Shown in pieces: positions 9,801 through 17,714 of a DNA stretch of 64,000 bases. The first letter of the stretch is position 1, and each line of letters starts with the position of its first letter. The DNA is from Terriglobia bacterium (lineage in GTDB: Bacteria > Acidobacteriota > Terriglobia > Versatilivoradales > Versatilivoraceae): assembly GCA_951813285.1 (NCBI GenBank), contig OX638355.1, positions 1,424,653-1,488,652 on the forward strand, given 5' to 3'. The translations under genes and the position numbers were made by a program. The notes beneath the pieces are model-generated. The model had not been told where the DNA came from. It saw only the letters and a program-made list of their open reading frames with translations, and searched no databases.

Positions 9801-10158
9801 CGAGGCCGCCCCCTTCGCCTGTCAACTCTCGGTCAACGGACCGTTCGACGGGTCTTTGGGTCGAAACACCTTTCGGCGGCCGGGCACCCACTTCCAGAAC
9901 GTTGCGCTGGCCAAGAATATCGATCTCCCCGAGGTGGTTGGAGTGGAAGGATTGAAGCTTCAATTCCGGGCGGAGTTCTACAATCTCTTCAACCACTCCA
10001 ACCTGTATGTGAAGCCTGCGACGACCAACGTGGCGGCCTCGTCCTTCAACACGGACCTGGGGTCCAGGGCTCCGGGAGTGGTGGCCTCCTTCGGGACGCC
10101 AGCGGGTTTTCCCCAGGAAGCCCGACAGATCGTCCTGGCTGCGAAACTGATCTTTTAA
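6811..10158 (+). CDS. TonB-dependent receptor-like outer-membrane protein with N-terminal carboxypeptidase-regulatory-like domain
   Basis: Track ORF 6727..10158. The likely GTG start at 6811 (VRLILVPTLWVALASVLLA signal peptide) follows GGGAGG at 6793-6798. LSGRVTNRQGQVLSEVQVTA...GLYRLPNLPPGQYRV is the CarboxypepD_reg domain. Plug-like region follows, and the terminal AAKLIF ends in an aromatic residue as in beta-barrels. Confidence 0.85.
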   Translation: MRLILVPTLWVALASVLLANPTATLSGRVTNRQGQVLSEVQVTATQIETNQRFRTRTNRLGLYRLPNLPPGQYRVIIRLLGYRTIVKPDLELHVQDAVVLNFSMQVGSVIASVTELGGIPLIRTESATLGTTIRPQVMTELPSLTRNPYDFVGVSSGATPASVRRGIGFALNGQRAESGGFLLDGSANNEPYNSGPGQIVPLDAVQEYRLLTNNFTAEYGRNAGFIANVITKSGVNEFHGNAYYFRRNSGLAANTFENNSRGLPRPVFNRQQLGGTLGGPVYRDKVFFFAAVEPIVVRSSAALSYYVPTPELLSVSSPGTNAIFDRFPLPSNLSETDISTRTVCPFGRACGSKIGAGFVTLPALASTSRTGPVDAGAGPPQDTYLWTARIDTSIGPRTVLNTRYAFQDHARLATVDQPYSSLLDRSFHLRNQTMTVNLTRFWTGNFLTESRLVFNRLFQQRAIRLSEGFPSFVITGDEISGAVGSLALPSGRNGDGGAQNEYQFQQMANWVRGRHNLKFGASLVHLRDNQTPAESTLTRHNHVEFRDLQRFVDGRLSSFQIHLDPRGKVPGELLPPPFGSFNPRRHYRFNDWACFLQDSWKVSPRLTLSPGVRYEYFGSGHRIGQEKRLEASFYRGEGTTSLEQMANGRLLRTADAPGHYRNHFFPPSKTNISPRMGLAYDLTGRGRLVFRAGIGRFYERLPGFVYENVNPPAFSVVRISGVPLAPALFEDPYSLFPSRPLSLPPSAISHLDQDLTTASTWAWNATLQQDWDNKLLLAASYVGSNGQDLYRPVNANRLGSGRFLGRPGERLVNHVAALITVGNQARSSYHGMQLRIDSLRLRRFGLQYGLNYTWSHSLDNVSSLAGDDSLTGGAGLPLDAFDPDLDKGPSDHDVRHRMVGHFVWQIPGAARTRGLTRLFLAGWQFSGIVSFQSGQPFSLWDGRVFDRELSDNTRPRLTGQAPALLGTGERQVDVRTPNAFLILPINRVRNSNGSCIAEAAPFACQLSVNGPFDGSLGRNTFRRPGTHFQNVALAKNIDLPEVVGVEGLKLQFRAEFYNLFNHSNLYVKPATTNVAASSFNTDLGSRAPGVVASFGTPAGFPQEARQIVLAAKLIF

Positions 10159-10205
10159 CGAGTGGAGAGTCATTCCGGGGTAACAAGGTTGCATTCGAGA
10201 CAAGC

Positions 10206-13200
10206 ATGACGCCATTGAATTGCCGGGGATTACTCGCAAAAACGGCCCTTGGGTGGGCTGTCCTGATCGGAGCAGGCTGCGGCACGGCTCCGCTTTCGGC
10301 CGGAGAGCTCGAGGCGGAGCAACAGGGTCCGCGGCCTATCGTCCGAACCCGCGGGACCACCCCCACTGCTGCTCCCAAGAGTCTGCCGGATGCGCCACAG
10401 GTCATCCGGAAGGCCCAGGTTCGTCGGACCCTTGGCGAGTTGCCCCTCAGCTTCGAACCGAACCGGGGCCAGGCCGAGGATGGGGTTCGCTTCCTTTCCC
10501 GAGGGCCGGGCTACAGCTACCTGATGCTCGACCGCGAGTTGGTCTTTCAATTTCAGTCCGGCGAATTCCCGGGAGGCTCCAAGCCGCCCGCGGGGATGGG
10601 GGCGATCTCGGCTTTGAGGATGCGAATCGTCAATGGCAAGCCTCGGCCCGGGATCCACGGTGAAAACCGGCTTCCAAGCCGGAGTCACTACTTGCGCGGC
10701 AGGGATCCGCAGCAGTGGCGGCTGAATGTTCCGACGTATTCCAGAGTGCGCTACCTTCAGGTCTATCCGGGAATCGACCTGATCTTCTACGGCAACGGCC
10801 GGCGTTTGGAATTCGACTTCCGGCTGGAAGCGGGTGTCGAGGCCGACGCGATCCGCCTCCACTTCGAGGGGACAGGAGAAATCACAACTCATTCTGGCCT
10901 GACGCTGGATGAACAGGGGAACCTCATTCTCCCCGGAGATCTCCGGCTGATGCGTCCCCTGGCGTTTCAGGAAACCGGTGGCGCTCGGCAGGAAGTCGGC
11001 GTGCAGTACCAACTCGGTGACAACGGGGAGGTGGGATTCCGTTTGGGGGCCTACGATCGGGACAGGCCTCTGGTGATCGATCCTGTGCTGACCTACTCGG
11101 CCGGCGGGATTGGAGGTCTGGCTGTTGCTGTCGACCGGGAAGGGAACGCCTACCTGACGGGAATTGCCAATCCCGCCTTTCTCACCTCAGACGGAGCTGC
11201 GCAGAGTCTTCACAGTGAAGGGGAATGTTATGACGGGCCCAACCTGGTGCGCTGCCCCGACGTTCTCCTGGCCAAGCTGAACGCCGAGGGAACGGAATTG
11301 ATCTATTCCACCTTTCTGGGCGGTTCCGGATTCGACTATGGGTACGCGGTTGCCGTGGATTCTCAGGGTAATGCCTATCTCACCGGCACCACCAACTCTT
11401 CCGATTTCCCCGTGTCATCCGATGCTTGGCAATCGACCCTGTCGAGCGAGCAGTGCGCTTCGGACCCTTCCGGCGGGTTCTGTAACAGCGCCTTCGTCAC
11501 CAAGGTCAATGCGACCGGAACGGCTCTTCTCTACTCCACTTTTCTGGGTGGCGGCGAGGGTGGGCTGGGCGGCAACGGGATCGACGTCGACGCCCACGGG
11601 TCCGCCTACGTCACGGGTGATGACGCCGACGGCGGGTTTGTGGCCAAGCTCCATCCAGAGGGAACATCGCTGCTCTATTCGGTCCAAGGCCTGGGGGGGA
11701 CCGGTGTGGCCCTGGATTCCCGGAACAATGCCTATCTCTCCGGCAGAAACGGAAACGAGTCCTACGTGGCCAAGCTGGATCCCGAGGGAACCGAAACCCT
11801 TTACAGCTTCCGCCTTGGCGGGACCTCCGTCCCCTTCGATGCGTCGCCCCAGGAACTGGAGGCGATCACGGGGATCGCTGTCGACGCCCAGGGTTACGCC
11901 TACGTGACCGGTTACACGGCCTATCAGGATTTCCCCACGACTTCCGGTGCATTCTCCGAAACGGCTCCCGGAGCCGGAATCTGCGGCAGCTCCCTCTGCC
12001 TGGATGCTTTCGTCTCCAAGCTGAACCGGGAGGGAACCGAGCTGGTCTATTCCACCTATCTGGGAGGTAGCTCCATCGACTACGCCAACGGCGTGGGTGT
12101 GGATCTGCACGGGAACGCCTATGTGACAGGTGTGACGCTTTCCTCCGACTTTCCGGAGACTCAATCCTTGGGATCTTCCGACGGGCAGATTTTCGTTAGC
12201 AAATTGGACTCCCAGGGGGAGGAGCTTGTCTACTCGGTCAGGGCGGGTAGCGGCGACAGTTCCGAGGGAGGCAGCGGGCTTTGGGTCAGCCCTCGGGGAA
12301 GCGCCTACATCACAGGGCAGGCGGGTTCCGACTTCACCTTGACCGACGGGGCCTATCAGGCCTCGGAAGGCAATGGTGCCTTTGTGGCGCGACTTCATGA
12401 CGATGCCGAAGTCTTTGTGCCCATGGTGCTCTCAACCACCGAATCCGACGGCGCCGCGGTCAGCTCGGAGCTGACGCTCAGCAATCGGGGAACCCAGCCG
12501 GCCACTCTGGAATTCACCTACACGGCAGCCTTGGGCGAGGGAAGCGGCACCGCCACGGACCAGTTGGCGGCAGGCCGGCAGCGAATCCTGCCCGATGCCA
12601 TTGATTACCTGATAGAACTGGGGGTACCCATTCCGGATTCAGGAAGCCGGGGAGGCTCTCTGACGGTTCGTTTTTCCGGGCTGAACTCCGAATCGGAAGG
12701 GGCGGTGGCCGTACGCACCACCGGCAGCGCAGAGGGTGCCCGGAGCGGTTGGGCCTTTCCAGCCGTTTCGACCGGGTTTCACTTGCCGGTTTATCTTTGC
12801 GGACTCCGCCACGACGACGCCGATCGCACCAGCGTCGCGGTTCAAAACCTGGGTTCGGAGGACAGCGGCGATATCACCTTGAGGCTGACCGTCATCTCCG
12901 GTGATCCTGGCAATTCCGGTACGTTTGTTCTGCCGGATGAAACGCTGGCGCCGGGTGCATTCCTTCAAATCGACGATGTGCTTCTGGCCGACGAGCTGAC
13001 ACTGGAAAATGGCTATGTACGCATTGAGAAGGTAGAAGGACAGGCGCCCTTCTATGCCTATGCCCTCCTCACCGACGAGGGAGGTTCCGACGGTTCCTTT
13101 ATTGCGCCTGTTCCGGAAAACGCAACCGTTGGCAGAAAGGGACAGACGTTGCTCGCCGTGGAGAAAACCGCCCGGTTCAACAGCGAGCTGGTGGTGGCCA

Positions 13201-13868
13201 ACTGGTCGGAATCCTGGAAGGTGGTGGGGTTCTCGGTCTTGTCCGATGGAATTCAGAACCCGCAGGGTGCCCGTTTCGTCTCCGTGAGACCCGGCGAGCA
13301 GATCATCGTGCCGGAGTTCGTAAGCTGGCTGCGGCGACAGGGGAGCCTGCCGGGATCTTTCTTCCCGGGGTTGGGTGCAGTTGGTGAGGACTTCTCCGGC
13401 TCAATCTTTGTCACCGTTGATGGAGTCGGAGAGGATACCGGCTACTACGTGGGTGCGAGAAATTCAACGCTTGTCGATGGCAGCCGCAATGCATTTGTCC
13501 ATGCGGCCGTGCCTTACGGAGACTCCCACCATTCTCCAGCCTGGGTGTACGGTTTGCGCCAGGACCAGGAGAAGCGAACCGATCTGGGAATCGTCAATAC
13601 GGGTGAGCTGGGTGACGAGACCAGCCTGTTCAGCGTGGAGATCTACGACGGAGAAACGGGAATGCTGGCCCATACGATCGAGGACGTGGAACTGGATGCC
13701 AGACAATCGATCCGGTTGGAGTCGATTCTGGAGCAGAACGCTCCGGATACCGAGCAGGGCTACGCTCGCGTCTCTCGAACTTCCGGGTCCAACCCGTTTG
13801 TGGCCTTTGCCGTCGTCACCGACGGTCAGACCTCCGGGGACGCGTCCTTCGTCTACGGCGTGCCCTGA
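10206..13868 (+). CDS. secreted SBBP (beta-propeller) repeat protein with duplicated C-terminal domains of unknown function
   Basis: In-frame ATG at 10206 (MTPLNCRGLLAKTALGWAVLIGAGCG, lipoprotein-like). The 5' part of track ORF 9627.. overlaps the receptor gene and is rejected. Repeated motifs of the type GNAYLTG.T.S.DFP...AWQ, FV.KLN..GT.L.YSTFLGG. Confidence 0.8.
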   Translation: MTPLNCRGLLAKTALGWAVLIGAGCGTAPLSAGELEAEQQGPRPIVRTRGTTPTAAPKSLPDAPQVIRKAQVRRTLGELPLSFEPNRGQAEDGVRFLSRGPGYSYLMLDRELVFQFQSGEFPGGSKPPAGMGAISALRMRIVNGKPRPGIHGENRLPSRSHYLRGRDPQQWRLNVPTYSRVRYLQVYPGIDLIFYGNGRRLEFDFRLEAGVEADAIRLHFEGTGEITTHSGLTLDEQGNLILPGDLRLMRPLAFQETGGARQEVGVQYQLGDNGEVGFRLGAYDRDRPLVIDPVLTYSAGGIGGLAVAVDREGNAYLTGIANPAFLTSDGAAQSLHSEGECYDGPNLVRCPDVLLAKLNAEGTELIYSTFLGGSGFDYGYAVAVDSQGNAYLTGTTNSSDFPVSSDAWQSTLSSEQCASDPSGGFCNSAFVTKVNATGTALLYSTFLGGGEGGLGGNGIDVDAHGSAYVTGDDADGGFVAKLHPEGTSLLYSVQGLGGTGVALDSRNNAYLSGRNGNESYVAKLDPEGTETLYSFRLGGTSVPFDASPQELEAITGIAVDAQGYAYVTGYTAYQDFPTTSGAFSETAPGAGICGSSLCLDAFVSKLNREGTELVYSTYLGGSSIDYANGVGVDLHGNAYVTGVTLSSDFPETQSLGSSDGQIFVSKLDSQGEELVYSVRAGSGDSSEGGSGLWVSPRGSAYITGQAGSDFTLTDGAYQASEGNGAFVARLHDDAEVFVPMVLSTTESDGAAVSSELTLSNRGTQPATLEFTYTAALGEGSGTATDQLAAGRQRILPDAIDYLIELGVPIPDSGSRGGSLTVRFSGLNSESEGAVAVRTTGSAEGARSGWAFPAVSTGFHLPVYLCGLRHDDADRTSVAVQNLGSEDSGDITLRLTVISGDPGNSGTFVLPDETLAPGAFLQIDDVLLADELTLENGYVRIEKVEGQAPFYAYALLTDEGGSDGSFIAPVPENATVGRKGQTLLAVEKTARFNSELVVANWSESWKVVGFSVLSDGIQNPQGARFVSVRPGEQIIVPEFVSWLRRQGSLPGSFFPGLGAVGEDFSGSIFVTVDGVGEDTGYYVGARNSTLVDGSRNAFVHAAVPYGDSHHSPAWVYGLRQDQEKRTDLGIVNTGELGDETSLFSVEIYDGETGMLAHTIEDVELDARQSIRLESILEQNAPDTEQGYARVSRTSGSNPFVAFAVVTDGQTSGDASFVYGVP

Positions 13869-13879
13869 TCCGCTTCATG

Positions 13880-15049
13880 TCACAGTCGGGCCAGCCCGGC
13901 CGCTATCCGTTGGCTACCCTCGGCAAGGTTTTCCATGGATGTTGCGTAGGAGAGCCGGAGGTAGCCCTCTCCAAAGGCTCCAAAAGCTGTTCCCGAGAGC
14001 AAGGCCACGCCGGCTTCCTGCAACAGGTAATCGGCAATCTCGTCGCTGCTTTTTCCGAAGGAGCGAACGTTGGGGAACACGTAGAAGGCTCCAGGCGGAT
14101 TCAGGCAGCTCATTCCCGGTATTCGATTCAGCGCCTCGACCAGAAAATCCCTGCGCTTGCGAAATTCCGCCACCATTGAAGCCGTGGCGCTCTCGGCGTT
14201 GGCCAATGCCTCCAACCCCGCCAGCTGGGCAAAAGGCGCCGTGCAGGAAACGCTGTTGGTCGCCAGCTTTGAGATGTGGGTCTGCAGTTCCGGCCTCATG
14301 ATGCCGTATCCGAGCCGCCAGCCGGTCATGGCGAAGGTCTTGGAGAACCCGTCCAGGATGACGGTGCGGTCCATCATCCCGGGAATCGAGGTGATACTGC
14401 GATGCTCTCCTTCGTAGATAATGCAGGAATAAATTTCATCCGATAGAACCGTGATGTCATGCCGGGCAGCCAAATCCGCAACGGTTGCCAGATCGTTCTC
14501 CGTCAGCAGTCCTCCGGTCGGGTTTTGCGGGGAGTTGACAATGATCAACTTGGTTTTGGACGAGACTTTCGATTTGAGTTGCTCGGGGTCGAAACGGAAC
14601 TCGAACTCCTCCAGCAAGGGCAGGGGGACCGGGGTGCCCCCGCAAAAGCGGATCATGGATTCGTAGATGGGGAAGCCCGGGTTCGGGTAGATGACTTCGT
14701 CGCCCTCCTCCACCAGGGCCAGGATCAGAAAAAACATGATGGGCTTGGCTCCCGGCGTGACCACGACCCAGTCCGGATCGATGTTTACCGAGCGAGTCTT
14801 CCCCACGTGGTCGGCAATGGCTTCTCGCAGTTCCACCAAGCCGGCTGAAGCGCAATAGTGGGTGTAGCCTTCCTCCATGGCGGTGTTGGCGGCCCGGATC
14901 ACGTTGGAAGGGGTATCGAAGTCCGGCTCTCCAAGTTCCAGGTGAACGACGCTGCGTCCCTGCGCCTCCAGCGCCTTGGCTCTTACCAGGACATCGAAGG
15001 CCGTTTCCGTTCCCAACCGTCCCATGCGGCCAGCCAGTTTTTCCATCAT
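13880..15049 (-). CDS. pyridoxal-phosphate-dependent aminotransferase (class I/II, aspartate aminotransferase-like)
   Basis: VHLELGEPDFDTPSNV, IVNSPQNPTGG, FSKTFAMTGWRLGY (PLP lysine motif SKxxxMTGWRxGY). Confidence 0.9.
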   Translation of the reverse strand: MMEKLAGRMGRLGTETAFDVLVRAKALEAQGRSVVHLELGEPDFDTPSNVIRAANTAMEEGYTHYCASAGLVELREAIADHVGKTRSVNIDPDWVVVTPGAKPIMFFLILALVEEGDEVIYPNPGFPIYESMIRFCGGTPVPLPLLEEFEFRFDPEQLKSKVSSKTKLIIVNSPQNPTGGLLTENDLATVADLAARHDITVLSDEIYSCIIYEGEHRSITSIPGMMDRTVILDGFSKTFAMTGWRLGYGIMRPELQTHISKLATNSVSCTAPFAQLAGLEALANAESATASMVAEFRKRRDFLVEALNRIPGMSCLNPPGAFYVFPNVRSFGKSSDEIADYLLQEAGVALLSGTAFGAFGEGYLRLSYATSMENLAEGSQRIAAGLARL

Positions 15050-15079
15050 CTCTCTTTCCTTCCTCCAACCCTTTGGTTG

Positions 15080-15937
15080 TTATTGTTTTCCATCCACAAT
15101 TTTTTTCTCTCGGAGCAGGCGAAGGTAAAGCTCCCGCTTCGGAGAAGCCAACTGCTTGGCCAACTTCTTGATGGCCTCCTTTTTGGAAAGACCCTGGTGC
15201 ACCAGTCCTTGGATACGACGATCCAGTTCCCGGTCGCTGAGTGACTCGGCAGCTTCGGGCTCCGACGATGCCTTTTCCACCACCACCACCGCCTCGCCCC
15301 TGGGGCGGCGGCTTCGGAAGAGCGAAGCCAGTTCGGCCGCCGATCCCGTGACCAGTTGTTCGTGAAGCTTGGTCATTTCCCGGGCCACCGTCACTTCCTG
15401 CGAATTCAGGATCTCGTCGATGTCGCTGAGAGTGGACGCCAGCCTCAGCGGAGATTCAAAAAAGAGCAGTGTACGAGACTCCGAACGCAACGCTCGCAGC
15501 CGGGTGCGGCGAGCCGTTCTCCTGCCGGGAAGGAAACCCAGGAAAGCAAAGGAATCGGTGGGCCTCCCGGAGATGCTCAGGGCGGAAATGATCGCGCAGG
15601 GGCCGGGGATTGGAGAAACATGGAACCCGCGCTCCAGGGCAGCCCGAACCAGACGATAGCCCGGGTCGGAGATGGACGGAGTTCCCGCGTCGCTGACCAG
15701 AGCGATATCCATTCCCGATTCCAGTCGTTCCACCAACCAGCCGGTTCGCTGGTGCTCGTTGTGTTCGTGGTAGCTGGAGGTTGGAGTCGAAATCTGGTAG
15801 TGGGCCAGCAGTTTTCCGGTGTGGCGGGTGTCCTCGCAGGCGATCAAGTCCACTTCACCAAGGATTCGCAGCGCGCGCAGGGTGATGTCTTCCAGATTTC
15901 CGATGGGTGTGGCTACCACGAAGAGTGTTCCTGCCAT
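15080..15937 (-). CDS. rsmI: 16S rRNA (cytidine1402-2'-O)-methyltransferase
   Basis: MAGTLFVVATPIGNLEDITLRALRILGEVDLIACEDTRHTGKLL...ALVSDAGTPSISDPGYRLV. Start taken at the internal ATG 15937, which avoids overlap with nadE. Confidence 0.9.
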   Translation of the reverse strand: MAGTLFVVATPIGNLEDITLRALRILGEVDLIACEDTRHTGKLLAHYQISTPTSSYHEHNEHQRTGWLVERLESGMDIALVSDAGTPSISDPGYRLVRAALERGFHVSPIPGPCAIISALSISGRPTDSFAFLGFLPGRRTARRTRLRALRSESRTLLFFESPLRLASTLSDIDEILNSQEVTVAREMTKLHEQLVTGSAAELASLFRSRRPRGEAVVVVEKASSEPEAAESLSDRELDRRIQGLVHQGLSKKEAIKKLAKQLASPKRELYLRLLREKKIVDGKQ

Positions 15938-15951
15938 AACGCACTGGGAAA

Positions 15952-16764
15952 TTACATCCCCCAGTCTCGGAGATAATGAAAGTCGTGACTGACGGACCGA
16001 GGGGACAGCTTGCACACCACGGGCCCGCGCCGCTTGAACTGGGAGCTTCGAATTCTATGGACGACCCGATGGATAAAGTCTTTCTTGAAGCCTCTTTCCA
16101 ACAGTTCTTGCCGGGAGACACGGCGGTCGATGAGCTCGTGCAGGAGTTCATCGACTTCGGCATAGGTGAAACCCAACTCGTCTTCGTCCGACTGTCCCGC
16201 CCAGAGGTCGGCGGTGGGCTTTTTGTCGAGAATGGATTGGGGGACTTGCAGATAACGCGCCAGCTTGAAGACATCGGCCTTGTAAAGATCTCCGATCGGA
16301 TTGATCGAGGAAGCCATGTCTCCGAAGAGCGTACCATAGCCCAGCAGCAGTTCCGTCTTGTTGGAGGTGCCAAGAACCAGGGCATTGAACTCCATCGACT
16401 TGTCGAAGAGGACAATCATTCGGGCCCGGGCCATGGCGTTGCCGCGGCGCAGGGAATTGGCCTGCGACTGCGCCTCGAAGTAGCCGTCCACGATGGGGGT
16501 GATTTCAACGATCTCGCTTTTGACCCGGAGCGCCTGCACCACTGCCCGGGCGTCGGAGAGGCTCTCCGGACTGCTGGTCCTGTAGGGCATCATGACAGCC
16601 AGAACATTCTCAGGACCCAGGGCACGAGCCGCAAGAAAGCAGGACACCGCCGAGTCGATGCCCCCTGAGAGTCCGACCACGACTCGGTGAAATCCCGCCT
16701 TGCTGAGCTCGTCGCGGATAAACCCCTGAAGGACCTGGTTCACCAGCCGGCAGTTCAGTTGCAT
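15952..16764 (-). CDS. nadE: NAD+ synthetase, short (NH3-type, single-domain) form
   Basis: VVVGLSGGIDSAV P-loop (SGGxDS), 270 aa, PTADLW...QSDEDELGFTYAEVD motif. No fused CN-hydrolase domain. Confidence 0.9.
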   Translation of the reverse strand: MQLNCRLVNQVLQGFIRDELSKAGFHRVVVGLSGGIDSAVSCFLAARALGPENVLAVMMPYRTSSPESLSDARAVVQALRVKSEIVEITPIVDGYFEAQSQANSLRRGNAMARARMIVLFDKSMEFNALVLGTSNKTELLLGYGTLFGDMASSINPIGDLYKADVFKLARYLQVPQSILDKKPTADLWAGQSDEDELGFTYAEVDELLHELIDRRVSRQELLERGFKKDFIHRVVHRIRSSQFKRRGPVVCKLSPRSVSHDFHYLRDWGM

Positions 16765-16846
16765 CGGCGTTCTTTAGTGGTCAGCGGGTGGCCGGGGCCC
16801 CCGCCCTGAGGTGCGGATCAATCGAGGACAAACACCCAATGGTCAT

Positions 16847-17068
16847 TAAAGACGAACCACGAATGAACACGAATATACACGAATGCAGGTCGACTCACTC
16901 GAACGAGAAGCGGCACCAAAACGCTCCTGCAACTTTGCTACCTCGGTATGACTTCGTGTCCTTCATAGATAACCCTTCGATGTCGATTGTCAGACCCTCC
17001 AATCAACAACTCATCAATCCGTCTATTGGTGTTCATTCGTGTCCATTCGTGGTTCGTCGTTTTCCTTT
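16847..17068 (+). mobile_element. MITE-like repeat family A, copy 1 (24-bp terminal inverted repeats)
   Basis: Left arm 16851-16874 gacgaaccacgaatgaacacgaat; right arm 17035-17058 attcgtgtccattcgtggttcgtc (23/24 complementary). The whole ~220 bp recurs inverted at 37375-37596. No transposase present. Confidence 0.8.
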
Positions 17069-17096
17069 GTTTCAGGAGAGCGGGTCTCCGGGGCCT

Positions 17097-17625
17097 CGCG
17101 CTTTCGGCCATCTGCTGTCGCCGCCTTCGCGGCTCGACCTGGAGCTACCCCTTTCCATGGGCTCACGCCCACGGCTACCTGCTGGCGCCGCTCCGCGGCT
17201 CGATTGGTCGCCCGGCGTTCGCCTGGGGATTTTCAAATACTAATAAGCCCGGCCCCCGCCCTGGTGTGCGGAACATACAAGAGTGAATCAATCAGAAATC
17301 GACCATCCCTTCGCGACCTTGGAATCCCGTCGCGGTTAACCTCAACGCCTTAGTGGCCCTTCGCTTTCGGCCGTCTGCTGTCGCCGCCTTCGCGGCTCGA
17401 CTTGGAGCTACTCCTTTCCATGGGCTTACGCCCACGGCTACCTGCTGCCGCCGCTCCGCGGCTCAATGGGTCGCCCGGGCGTTCGCCCGGGGATTATCAA
17501 TTACTAAAAAGTCCGGCCCCCGCCCTGCCGGGCAGATCATCCGAGAGTGAAACAACTAGAAATCGATAGTCTTTTCGCGACCTTGGTACCCCGTCGCGGC
17601 CGACCTCAACGCCTTAGTGTCCCTT
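17097..17625. repeat. tandem repeat family C: two adjacent ~263-bp units
   Basis: ctttcggcca at 17101 recurs as ctttcggccg at 17364, and the units align over their whole length by eye. Each unit contains hairpins CGCGAC-N11-GTCGCG and CCCGG(G)C-GTTC-GCC(C/T)GGG. Partial copies of the unit's 3' module sit at about 16790-16846 and 37597-37665. Confidence 0.85.
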
Positions 17626-17688
17626 CGTCGTTCTTCGTGGCCCTTCGTGGATTCCTCTTTTTCTTTTGTCTTTTTTCGTTTGTTTCAG
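17613..17688 (-). repeat. repeat family B, copy 1 (A-rich arm + phased ACGAAG core)
   Basis: The reverse complement is nearly identical to 36940-37015 (ctgaaacaaacgaaaaaagacaaaagaaaaagaggaatccacgaagggccacgaagaacgacgaaggg). Begins 26 nt after the CN-hydrolase stop, on the same strand as that gene. Confidence 0.85.
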
Positions 17689-17714
17689 ACAAGGCAAGCC
17701 GGGAGATATGTAGG

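Noticed and set aside
9627-10205. 5' extension of the SBBP ORF; likewise 26015-26128 of cca, 51290-51499 of DapA-like, 35809-35955 of the dehydrogenase, 43581-43739 of creatininase and 1738-2256 of the GlmU-like ORF
   Set aside because: These extensions overlap the preceding gene or are Arg/Pro-rich. Internal in-frame ATGs give canonical N-termini (signal peptide, Rossmann start, and so on), often with a Shine-Dalgarno sequence.
16848-17065. Peptide-coding reading of MITE A (open frame ...PRMNTNIHECRSTHSNEKR...IGVHSCPFVV in both copies)
   Set aside because: The differences between the two copies that I inspected change amino acids, with no sign of synonymous bias. There is no start codon or RBS context. 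The open frame is more likely incidental.
17097-17625. CRISPR-like reading of the tandem repeats
   Set aside because: The units are 263 bp long and directly abutting with no unique spacers. There are no cas genes in the window.
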